This document shows positions 38,788-50,170 of a DNA stretch of 64,000 nucleotides, one piece after another. This DNA is from Anolis carolinensis. Its lineage: Eukaryota. Location of the stretch: NCBI RefSeq assembly GCF_035594765.1, contig NC_085842.1:262493749-262557748 (forward strand), written 5' to 3'. Both the position numbers and the translations under genes were made by a program. Position 1 is the stretch's first letter; each line of letters starts with the position of its first letter. A model generated the notes under the pieces. That model ran no database searches and was not told the origin of the DNA. It saw nothing but the letters and a program-made list of their open reading frames with translations.

Positions 38788-39507
38788 TTTATTTCTTATC
38801 CACCTCTCCTCACGGCTCGAGGTGGGTAACAACATCGTTAAAACACATATCACAACATCTGACTGTCAAGGTTGCAAAGTTTTATATATGAAGCTGGCCA
38901 ATAATTTCTTGCTTTTTGTTAGATGCCTTTATATGTTCTCCTTGGATTGAAATTTACTTGAGAGCTGAAAATGTTAGTGATTGTGTTTTTGTGCCACCTG
39001 TGTTTTCTGAGATAACTCTAGAATCCATGTCCTATCTCCAATTGCCAGTCCCAGCTACTAGACTGTCAAATCAAAGGGATACACATGGGTGTCCATACTA
39101 TTAATTATAAGACTTGTTGAATTGTAATTAAATTGGTTTAGTTTTATTCACACTGAGGCAAAGACCTAAACCTAGAAGCAGACCTAGACCTATACAAATG
39201 TCAAGGGGGGGGGGGGCACTTCTTCAATGGTAATTCTTCAACCACAGAAATTCCAGAGATGGAAGATTCATTGCTCTCTCCTTATACTCTCCCTGCCATC
39301 TACCGAAGTGATCTAATTCACCGATAGCTGGAGAAATAATTGACAGGTATACATGGTGTTGTGGTTTGAGCATTGGGCTATGAATGTTTGATTTCCTGCC
39401 CAGATGTGGCAACTCCCAGGGTTACCTTGGGTGAGTCATGTTCTCTGAATCAGAAAACTCTGCAGTCGGTTCACCTTAGGGCCACCACAAGTTAGAAACA
39501 AGTTGCA

Positions 39508-39775
39508 GAAGCCTCCAGTGGCACTGTGGGTTAAACTACTGAGCTGCTGACATGCTGACTAAAAGGTCGGCAGTTCGAATCCGGGGAGCGGAGTGAGCTT
39601 CCACTGATAACCCCAGCTTCTGCCAACCTAGGAGTTTGAAAACATGCAAATATGAGTAATCAATAGGTACCACTCCAGCAGGAAGGTAACGGCACTCCAT
39701 GCAGTCATGCTGGCCACATGACCTTGGAGGCATCTACGGGCAATGCTGGCTCTTCAGCTTAGAAATGGAGATAAG
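39508..39775 (+). mobile_element. Sauria SINE, 3'-truncated
   Basis: Homologous to 35102-35373. Confidence 0.88.
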
Positions 39776-41320
39776 CTTTGTGGGTGTTCATTGCCTGGCC
39801 ACCAGTTTGGAGCTAGCTTTGGACTGCATTAACTGGTCAGTGTAGATGTGGTCAAAGTCTGTTTCTGATAACTTATTTAAAGCTTTATCAGCCTGGTAAA
39901 ACCTTCCAAATCTTGCCCTCCACTGACATCATTTCTAAGCAGCAGAAGATAAGAACTTTGTGGAGGCCACAATCAGATAATTCTCTGAACTTGCTTGCTC
40001 CCGAATGGCGCTTTGGGGAGGGGGACTCAAAGGCTGTCCAATAATTCATGGGGACTTTGAACACTGGGGAAGAAGGAAGGAACCCCACAGAATCCAGAAA
40101 AGGGCACAGCAAGTGTAATACAAATGTACATGTGTGTATCACTATCAGGTTGCCAAGTTAGAGAAGCTAGGTTAAGGGGAGGCAAGTCAACTGACTGCTA
40201 CCATTTCATATTTTAGACTCTGGGAATGGTTGGCTGTACAAAATAAATAGTGACAACATCTATCCACTTGGGAAGAATTTGTTTGAAATGTTTGTCAAAA
40301 CCCATTGTAGCATCAGAAATTACATTGGGAGATCTATCTCCCTGACTACATAGCAGTTCATTATTTTAGATTTCCATACTTGCATTTTTACAACCATCTC
40401 AGAACACTTTTATTTTCTTCCAGTGTCTAAATGTTTCCACTCTTTGCTTATCTAAAACTTTGGCTTTTTAAATGCAAGTTGCAAGAACTAAAACACATTT
40501 TCTCTTTTCCATTTCTGCAATTCCTTCCAGGCCTGTGTATTGTAAAACAAGCCTGTATAAACATATGCTTAAAGCTGCTTAAAATGGTTGCCATTAAAAT
40601 GTTGACACTGGCCAATACTTATCTATCCATTATATCTCAAGATATAGCAACTATTATTAAGAGCTGTTATTTCCTGTTATTTTCAATTGCTTATAACTTT
40701 GCCAGACTTCATCTACTGATAATTTCCATACCTCAGGCTGCCTATAGATAATTTTCCAACCATCCATCTCACAGATTTCAATAAAAACATTTATCTGTTT
40801 TTAAAAATAAGAACAGGGGAAAATGTGCAAATGCAATATGAAAAAGAAACTATGAGATATTTGAAGCATGGGATTTGAACTTTAATGATGGAGGAAGTAT
40901 AGCAGTCAATGTAAATCCATCTGTGTTATAAACTTCTAAAATGTTTTAGGGATTTTATTAGAATTACATTAGGTTCTGCAGTGTGATAGCACAGAAAAGA
41001 CTGAATTGACTCAAGAGGGTTGTCCCTATTCCTTAATTATTTCCTGCGGCAATTACTTTCCTTGGCTACAACGAATTACCAGTACAGCCAATGCTCCTCT
41101 GCTGCTTCTCACAGGCAAAAGAAGACCGTATAGATCAGATTTGAAGGGTGCTGAGATGAGGGCGCAGGAGAAGAGGAAGGAAAAGTTTCACTGCTTGAGA
41201 AAAAGTGCCTTCAAAGATTTCTGATGGAACTCGATGGAAACATTGTTTAACATAGAGACTTACTGAAACTTGCTTATTCCTCTGCTACCTACCCTTTTCT
41301 ATTATTGCTATTGCAGTGTT

Positions 41321-41868
41321 GGGCAGAGCCTTCCAAACTGTGTGTCACAACATGTTGGCGTGTCACACAGGATAAATGAAAGATTTTCATGAGTTATGTT
41401 GTGTCCCCATAGCAAAGGTAAAGGTTTTCCCCTGACATTAAGTCTAGTCGTGTCCAAGTTTAGGGGCTGATGCTCATCTCCATTTTTAAGCCAAAGACCC
41501 GGCATTGTCCATAGACACCTCCAAGGTCATGTGGCCAGCATGACTGCATGGAGCACTGTCATTTGCATGTTTTCAAACTGCTAGGTGAGCAAAAGCTGGG
41601 GCTAACAACAGGAGCTCATCCCGTTCCCCAGAGTTGAACACCAGCCTTTTGGTCAGAAAGTTCAGCAGCTCAGCAGTTTAACCCCCTATGCCACCCAGGG
41701 GCTCCTCATGTCCCCATACATGTCATTATTAAAATTTATATATGTATCTGTATCTTTTATACAGGGTTGGTTTAACCTCTGGTTTGTTAGTAAAATTGAA
41801 TTACTGTGTTGCAAAAAGATGTATGTCTAAAAAGTCTGTCACCAACATGAAATGTTTCAAAAGCTCTG
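41321..41868. mobile_element. hAT-like MITE interrupted by a Sauria SINE
   Basis: Imperfect TIRs cagagccttccaaac / gtttcaaaagctctg. Confidence 0.55.
41412..41708 (-). mobile_element. Sauria SINE with internal deletion
   Basis: Reverse complement of the family. 10-bp TSD TGTCCCCATA at 41402-41411 / 41709-41718. Confidence 0.9.
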
Positions 41869-43757
41869 GTGTTTTTTTATATTATGAATCACTTTCCATA
41901 ACATAAAAGATAGCAAACAGGTTTTTTATATTCTATAGTGGTCAGCCCCAGAATACTTGGTGAAAGGTTCACCTTGGGATGCCATATATTGGAAACAAAT
42001 TGAAGACATAACAACATGGAAAACTCTACTTTCAGAAAAGGACTTTGGGTACTGTATTAAAATGGGTAGGCAATTACAGGAGGTCAACAAGGAAGGCAGT
42101 TTTCTGACCCAAGACCATGTAAGGGTTGCATGAATTGGGGGCAGGGGGATTGACAAAAGTTAACTTTTGGACTCTAAAATGCTTCTTCATGCGTATGGAT
42201 GATTGCCCCTGTTACTCCAAGAACACCATTTCATTTTTGGAGGGAGCTTGCTGAACCCTTCAGAGGGATGATTTGAGGGCTAGAGAGGAAGTCTCCATCC
42301 AAGAGTACACTTCTCGTTGTGATTATCAGAAGCCAGATATATGTTTTCTACAATTAATGTATAATTCTTGCCAAATAAGCATCATTGAAAAGCTACCCAA
42401 ATGACTTGCTCAAATTTCCAGTGACAATAAACAAAACAAGTATGCATTTTGTTTCTGGGGGGAAAGGCAGGATGCTTGCATCACTATATGAGACTTCAAA
42501 AGGGCAGAAGCTGACTCTTTCTGACAGGGATATGTGAATTGGGTAAATACCTGAGCCACTGCCCTAAGCATGCCTGTAGCACTATCATTACTTATTTTTA
42601 AAAAAGGACAGTAACTGGAACAGTGGCTTTTATTCTTTTCTTAAAATCAAAGCATAGTTTTAAAGGGGAGAACACTTTCCAAATTGGGCATGAACCTGTT
42701 TTACAATGATAAAAAGTATTTCTAATCATTTTTTGCAATTTTAAACATAAGCTTGGACAGTATATTCTGAAGATATGAGGGGGAGGTATTGAAGGGGGCC
42801 AACAAAAAAATAACTCCTATCCTACCTCTGTCCTCAGAAAGCTTCTGTAAATGAAAGGAGCTCTTTGATTCAGAGACTGCAACTTTCAATTATTTTATTT
42901 TATTTATTTGTATCCCACCTTTCTCCCAATTTGGGGAATCAATCTATTAAAACAATGCAAAGTCAATGAAAGTTTAAATATAAGATTAAAAAGCCAAGTA
43001 AGCACTTTATAAATATCCTAAAATTGAACTACAATATAAAGTCTAATAAAGAGGGGATACAGGCAGTCTCATTGAGATGGCTATCCCCTCCTGCAGCAAG
43101 GAGAGCATGTCTTATAATTATTTTTCCTCAAGAAGACACACTATGGCTTATTTTCAGGGGATGTCATATTCTTTGAAGTATGGGACAACAATCTGGATTT
43201 GTGGGATGACCTCTCTGGGTTCAGTGGCAGACTGCTTGCTGAAGTTTTTCCTCTATCCTCTGGTGTTTGTGTGGGGTGAGAGAGACCCACAGACTGCTGG
43301 TGGTCAGTGCTGGGGAGCAGCAGTTTACTGGTGGGGTGAGAGACACACATAGATTGTTGCTGGTTGGTGATGGAGGAGAGAGACCCAAAGTACTGGATAA
43401 AATGGCAGCCACAGCTTTACTTCTTCCCCCTGAGGGCACACAATACCTAAAGCAGAGCGTCCTGCTCCTCACTTCACTGAGGAGACTTTTGCGTTCTATG
43501 TCTTCCTCTATGCCTCAGCTTGCAGCATGCACAGAAACACTGAATAGCCACGCCGATCACTATGTCTTATTTTCAGGGGGTATGGCTTATATTGCGCAAA
43601 TGCTTAGAAATCCTGCTACAACTTATTTATGGGTATGTCTTATTTTTGGGGAAACAGGGTCCTTATTAGTTCCTTAGAAATATGAGATGGAGAAATTACT
43701 GATTGGCTTCCAGTAGATGACAAGATAGCTGCTATAGGAATGATAGACTACATAGAC

Positions 43758-44130
43758 TATGGGTCCCCAAGCTAAGGCCCGTGGGGTTGATGCAGCCCTT
43801 TAAGGTCATTTACCTGGCCCCCACTCTAAACTTTAGACTTGGGGTCACCCTAAGTTTAAAACAACTTGAAAGCACACAACAATAACAATTTTTATTAACT
43901 TGACTATTTCATCTGCCAGGTCTACACTTCCCATTGAAATACTGGTAAATTTACGTTGCTTAAAATTGTTATTCATTTTAAATATTGTATTGTCCTCCCA
44001 TGGGATTTTTTGCATTACAAATAAGATATGTACAGTGTGTATTCATGTTTTTTTAAATGATAGTCTGGCCTCCCAAAAGTCAGAGGGACCATGAACTGGC
44101 CCTTCTGCTTAAGAAGTTTGAGGACCCCTA
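43758..44130 (+). mobile_element. hAT MITE with OC1/OposCharlie-like ends
   Basis: Decayed CAGGGGTCCTCAAACT-type TIRs. 8-bp TSD ACATAGAC at 43750-43757 / 44131-44138. Confidence 0.85.
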
Positions 44131-45254
44131 ACATAGACCTTTGATTCAAATTAAATGAGTCTGGTTATGCCGAATTCTTGTACAAGGAAGAGGTATTAAT
44201 TTACCAATATATGGACATCATATCCCATGCAATATTTGATCTAATACTTTTGCATGTTATCATGGCACTCATCGAGCCTTTGGTTATAGGCATCATGATA
44301 TAAAGTCTGAACCTTTTTTTCATATTGAAGTATGCTGTCAAGGAGATTAATGCAACAGTGTCAAGAAAAGGGAGGATTTAAATTTTTCAACAGACAATAA
44401 CAAAAGAAGCCAGAAGACCCCGAGGAAAAAGAAAAAGTAAAAAACTATGATTCAGCTAAACTACAGAGAATCCACAATAGAGGCAGACATCGCGCACAAT
44501 GTCAAGAGATACTAGTATGATACTGTTAGATACTTGTTAACTAATGTCAAAATCATTTGTAAAACGAGAACATATGGTTAGACATGCCAGAGTTACAATT
44601 GTGTTCCTGTCAAAAAATTACCACTTGCCATTTGAAGGAAAACAAAATTAGGAAGCAAACCATGAAGGGAAAAATTATAACATAAAGCAGAAATAAAGCA
44701 GTACAAAATAGGTCCATAATTTAAAAGATTCAAGACATTGAATAGCATCAACTATCCAGTCATTTGATTAAGGGGGAAAGGTTATAGCTTTGTGTATAAT
44801 GGGATTTTCTCCTTTTATATTAGATTGACATCTTATATCCTTTAGCTTGATACTGTGTAGACATTTCTTAAAGATTCTACCAATGAAGATTGTATGTAAC
44901 AACTCCTCTATAATACAGTGCTATGGCTAGTTTACCCTTCTTCCAATGATGAGCCTCCCTCTACTTAGCTAGGCTGATCCTTGGACAACAGCCTCATAGG
45001 TCACATCTGCATTGACCACTTTAAGTCAGTTTCAATGTGTTATTGAAGAAAATGGTTTTGCTAGGCAGATAATTAAATAGCAAATTCTGAAACCAGTTTG
45101 CTGCCTAGGTGGTGATTATGCAAACCGTAGTTGCACATTAAGGGTTTTCGTTTGTACACTTTTGTGGGAGTTTGGTGTCTAGCCATCACAGTTTGAATGG
45201 TCAGTGAAGCTGTGGACAACGTCTGCTTCTGAGGCCTTATTTAACATTTTACTA

Positions 45255-45520
45255 GCTTGGTGGCACAATGGGTTAAATTCTTGTGCTGGTAGGACTGCTG
45301 ACTTGAAGGTTAGGTTGCTGTTCAAATCCGGGGAGAGCGCGGATGAGCTCCCTCTGTCAGCTTCAGCTCCTCATGCAGGGACATGAGGGAAGCCTCCCAC
45401 AAGGATGGTAAAACATCAGACATTTGGGTGCCCCCTGGGCAATGTTCTTGCAGACAGCCAATTTTCTCACACCAGAAGTGATTTGCAGTTTTTCAAGTTG
45501 CTCCTGACACATAAAAAAAA
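45255..45520 (+). mobile_element. Anolis SINE2-like tRNA-derived SINE
   Basis: ggtggcacaatgggttaa head, gttcaaatcc B-box, and ctcctgacac plus A-tail. Confidence 0.82.
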
Positions 45521-46521
45521 CTTGGTAAAACCTGCTAGATCTTGCCCTCCTCTAAGTAGCAGAAGACAATGACTTTGTGGAGGCTTAATATAATACCATC
45601 CCTATATCCACGGTATAAACAGTCCAAGACTCCACATGGACCTCTTGAACAATGGATAACAGCAAATCTTACATTTTCACTACAATTAGGTCAAAAACAT
45701 ACGATAAAACCACAATGGCAGACTTAAAGGTGCCCAGAAACACTTTCCAGAGCAGAGGGGAGGGGATATTTTGGAGCATGGGTAAGTGAAACCATGGGTA
45801 TCGAATCCATGAATGAGGAGGTCATATTATGCACATATATGCTATAACTTCATAATGCAAACCAGTATCTATTAAGTGTTACATTACAGAATCAGAAATA
45901 TGAACCAAAAATCATATGACGAAGCACAGAAAATACTTTTTCCAAAGTTTTTATTCTCTTCATTTCAGAAGATATGCATAAATCTCTTTGTTCCTTGAAG
46001 AGAGAATGGAGGAAATTGGGTTTTAATGTCTTCTCTTTTAAACTTTGCTTGAGCATGGAAGTCTTTTAAATTTGTTTTAGAATGTAATGTCAAATTCAAT
46101 GCACACAGTGACCCCTGCTGTTACACAGGCTGGATATCTGAGTAAACGGATTGACAGCCCAATCTGTTTATGGATTCACTGTAGTATAAAGCTAATGGAT
46201 ATGTTACATTTCTTGTTATTTCCTCACATTGTAAAAGGAAAATACCAACGTGTATGATGTTTACCATGTAACAAATGTTAGTATGTAAAATTTGTAACCC
46301 ATATGTAATCAGCTTTCACATTAAATTGTTGTTTTTTTAAAAAAATATAAAGTTTTGTAAGATTCATATTTCCATGATATATGATAATAAAAACACATTA
46401 GTGAATCATTTTTTTCAAAACAAAGTGGAGTTAAGAAAACTAGAATTCAAAGACATGACCAAGTTTACCTGGAATATTTGTATACAAAGGAATGTTGTGG
46501 AACTTTAAACACTAACCAAAA

Positions 46522-46579
<58 letters not shown>

Positions 46580-46586
46580 TTAATAT

Positions 46587-47362
46587 TAAGGAGAAGACCT
46601 GGCTATGGCTCACAAATGGGACCTTGAAGAAGGAGACAGAAGGCCTGATCCTTGCAGCCCAGGAGCAAGCCATCAGAACAAATGCAATTAAGGCCAAGAT
46701 CGAAAAATCAGCTGATGACCCAAAATGCAAACTGTGCAAGGAAACTGACGAAACCATTGATCATATCCTCAGCTGCTGTAAGAAAATTGCACAGACAGAC
46801 TACAAACAGAGGCACAACTATGTGGCCCAAATGATTCATTGGAACTTACGCCTCAAGTACCACCTACCAGCAGCAAAGAACTGGTGGGATCACAAACCTG
46901 CAAAAGTATTGGAAAATGAGCACGCAAAGATACTGTGGGACTTCCAAATCCAGACTGACAAAGTTCTGGAACGCAACACACCAGACATCACAGTTGTGGA
47001 AAAGAAAAAGGTTTGGATCATTGATGTTGCCATCCCAGGTGACAGTCGCATTGACGAAAAACAACAGGAAAAACTCAGCCGCTATCAGGACCTCAAGATT
47101 GAACTTCAAAGACTCTGGCAGAAACCAGTGCAGGTGGTCCCGGTGGTGATGGGCACATTGGGTGCCATGCCAAAAGATCTCAGCCGGCATTTGGAAACAA
47201 TAGACATTGACAAAATCACGATCTGCCAACTGCAAAAGGCCACCTTGCTGGGATCTGCGCGCATCATCCGAAAATACATCACACACTCCTAGACACTTGG
47301 GAAGTGTTTGACTTGTGATTTTGTGATATGAAATCCAGCATATCTATCTTGTTTGCTGTGTC
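46587..47362 (+). mobile_element. R4/Dong-clade LINE, 5'-truncated, open frame to stop at 47292
   Basis: CKLCKETDETIDHILSCC zinc knuckle, RHN, and PD...IIDVAIP...EK..RY restriction-like endonuclease. (TAA)n on both sides (46523-46578, 47363-47428). Confidence 0.93.
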
Positions 47363-47428
<66 letters not shown>

Positions 47429-47760
47429 GTGCAGTTTTCTGGCATTGTATATTTCTGCCGCTTCTGTGTCTGTTCATTTGTATTTTGATTCTGTAGCCCA
47501 CTTGTCAATGGATGTCCAGAATCGACAGCATCCACCTCGGTCCTTTTTATCCTTGGCGACGACCGAGCCAATATAGACTTCGTTTTAGTTTGATTCTCCA
47601 TAGTGCTAATGGGTTAGGTGCTCTTAGTTCCACTCCTCAGCTGAGACCTCTCTGGTTTGGTTGGACCTGCCGGTAGTTACACTACCGCCAGCACAGCTCT
47701 CAGCGTCCTTGGAACAGTTAAGCCCCCCCCCCCCCACGACAAGGTGGCACCTACGGGTTC
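47429..47760 (-). mobile_element. Inverted 5' end (5' UTR plus ORF start) of the second R4/Dong copy
   Basis: Minus-strand ATG at 47601, ORF MENQTK...KRQKYTMPEN. Structured leader. Lies between a (TAA)n array and the + strand R4 3' segment. Assignment to the same element is inferred. Confidence 0.65.
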
Positions 47761-47771
47761 TGCTATAGGAT

Positions 47772-48558
47772 CTGCTATATCTGCCTAGAAGATCTGGTGG
47801 CAGAGGAATCTTGCAAGTAAAACAAGCAGACAAAGAAGAACATGACCTGGCAGAGTATGTAAAGCAAAGTGAAGAACCTGCTTTGATTGAAGTAAAAAGT
47901 CAGAAACTCCTCAAAGCACAGCAGACAAAAAATCAGTACAAGGAAACCGCACTACAAACTAGAGCCGACAGCTGGCACAACAAAATATTGCATGGAAAGT
48001 TCCTTGACAAAATTGAAGGAAAACCTGATAAGGAGAAGACCTGGCTATGGCTCACAAACGGGACACTGGAGAAGGAGACAGAAGGCCTGATCCTTGCAGC
48101 CCAGGAGCAAGCCATCAGAACAAATGCAATTAAGGCCAAGATTGAAAAATCAGCTGATGACCCAAAATGCAGACTGTGCAAGGAAGCTGACGAAACCATT
48201 GATCATATCCTCAGCTGCTGTAAGAAAATCACACAGACTGACTACAAACAGAGGCACAACTATGTGGCCCAAATGATTCATTGGAACTTATGGCTCAACT
48301 ACCACCTCCCAGCAGTAAAGAACTGGTGGGATCACAAACCTGCAAAGATAATGGAAAATGAACACGCAAAGATACTGGGGACTTCCGAATCCAGACTGAC
48401 AAAGTTCTGGAACACAACACACTAGACCTCACAGTTGTGGAAAAGAAAAAGGTTTGGATCATTGATGTCGCCATCCCAGGTGACAGTCGCATTGACGAAA
48501 AACAACAGGAAAATCTCATATCTATCTTGTTTGCTGTATCATACAATGTCGTTGTGTC
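47772..48558 (+). mobile_element. R4/Dong-clade LINE 3' segment, frameshifted, with internal deletion
   Basis: LYLPRRSGGRG RT C-terminal motif and CCHC. Highly similar to 46587-47070. About 270 nt missing at about 48515. (TAA)n tail. Confidence 0.92.
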
Positions 48559-48789
48559 AATAATAATAATAATAATATTAATAATAAAATTTATTTATAT
48601 ACCACCCTATCTCCTCAGGAGGGCTCAGGGCAGTTTTCAACATAAAGCAAAACATTCAATTGACCATACAACAATATGAACATACTAAAAATAATAAACA
48701 TAATAAAACAAGAACATACAATTCAAAACAATCCACAAAAGTTAAAATCCAGTTTTAATATGCTCCATCAACGGGTTCAATATACCCGT

Positions 48790-49085
48790 GACCAGAGCTT
48801 CACAGTGAACATGGCCAACTATGAAGTTGATAGCATAAATTTCCACAGACTAAGAATACATCTACACCACATGAATAACCCAGAGTACTCTGCTCCGGAG
48901 CTGCCCCAGATACACCAAAGGCATGTCCACAAACAGTTGTGCAGTCCAGACAGTTGGCTGGGCAAACAAGTACATCAGCTCCAGTGCCTGTCCTCCTAGG
49001 AGCACCACCAGAAGAAGCAGCTTCATGGCAGAGCCTAGCTGACGACAGTGACTTCTGGTGAGGCCCAGCCATATAATGTCACCAG
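48790..49085 (-). mobile_element. Decayed L2-like fragment
   Basis: cccagagtactctgctcc...ccagatac...catgtcc resembles the minus strand of an L2 RT C-terminus. Confidence 0.45.
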
Positions 49086-49361
49086 AAATGACATTAGCAG
49101 AAAGGCTCTGCAGACACAACCACGATCATACTAGAAGACCTAGAAATTCATAGAAAGCTGCTCTTTCAGGTAAAAAAAGTAATTTCCTTATTTGTAGTTT
49201 TTCACTTTCACTGGGGTCCTGTGCTCCTTAACCCCAGTGAGTGTGGAAGGTTGACTGCAATTTCAATTATTCACAGCAGCTTCAAAACATGTTTCAAATG
49301 ATGGTTGAAAACTCCACCATGCTTCTTACCTAAAGAAACATGTTAAACCCTTCTCTCTATT

Positions 49362-49395
<34 letters not shown>

Positions 49396-49659
49396 TGTGT
49401 AGGAAAAGAACTGACAAGGACTCAGACTAGCTGCAGGGACGCTCGAAGTTACTTTGCTGTCAGGCATCCCCTAAGGAAAAGTCAAAAGAAATGGTCTGTG
49501 TCTGAACACTTCTTGCATGAATTCCATGGAGACAAGTGCTGAATATTAATAGAAACTTTTTAAAGGAAGAAAAGCCTTACCATTTAAACATTAATGTGTT
49601 TGTATTTCACACTAATATATAACAACACCAATCTCTTTTCCCAAGAATGCATCCATATA

Positions 49660-50170
49660 TCTCCCCAAAATATTGGTTAATCAACGGTAGCTCAAACTAA
49701 GCAGAGTCTGTGGCAGCTTTTAGCTACAGAATTTTGAATGTTTCTTGGATGAAACCACTAACATTAACACCTTTATGGTAATCGATTAGTGTCAGCAGAC
49801 ATCTAGAGAGCTATGCTGCAGGCCCTAATATCACAGAAATAATCAATTAAGGGAGTCAGTTAAAAAAATGATGTAAAGATCAGAGTTGTCAGCAGTAAAA
49901 TAATCTCATCTAGCGGTGTCAAAGGCAGAGTAAAATATGCCACTTATTTCCTAATGCAGCTGAATTAGTTCTTTAAGACATCTAAACACTGATTTTCTCA
50001 AACAATTTCCTAATGTTCTCTTTCCCAACTATTAAATCATTGATTTTATGTTCTCTTAGGAATTTAGCATGTTAGAAAGAACTGCTTTATGCATTGTTAA
50101 ATCAGGAGATGAATCAAATCACAACTGTGCACTGATTAGGGGAGCTCATGTAATAGAAGTGGTTCAGTCA
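49660..50170. promoter_or_regulatory. Candidate conserved non-coding element / enhancer
   Basis: TE-free. TAATCGATTA palindrome, TAATCAATTA paired homeodomain site, several TGTCA (MEIS/TGIF-like) cores and a SOX-like CATTGT. Conservation untested. Confidence 0.35.

Noticed and set aside
38566-38950. Poly-N/poly-I ORFs (also 46512-46757 and 59004-59559)
   Set aside because: Translations of (AAT)n microsatellites or polypyrimidine tracts.
43271-43390. Spaced direct repeats (tggggtgagagagac.cacaga) resembling a CRISPR array
   Set aside because: Only 2-3 degenerate units inside a probable DNA-transposon remnant in eukaryotic DNA, with no cas genes.
46624-47292. 222-aa ORF as a stand-alone nuclease gene
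   Set aside because: It is the truncated C-terminus of an R4/Dong ORF. It starts at TTG directly after a microsatellite, with no promoter or splice evidence.
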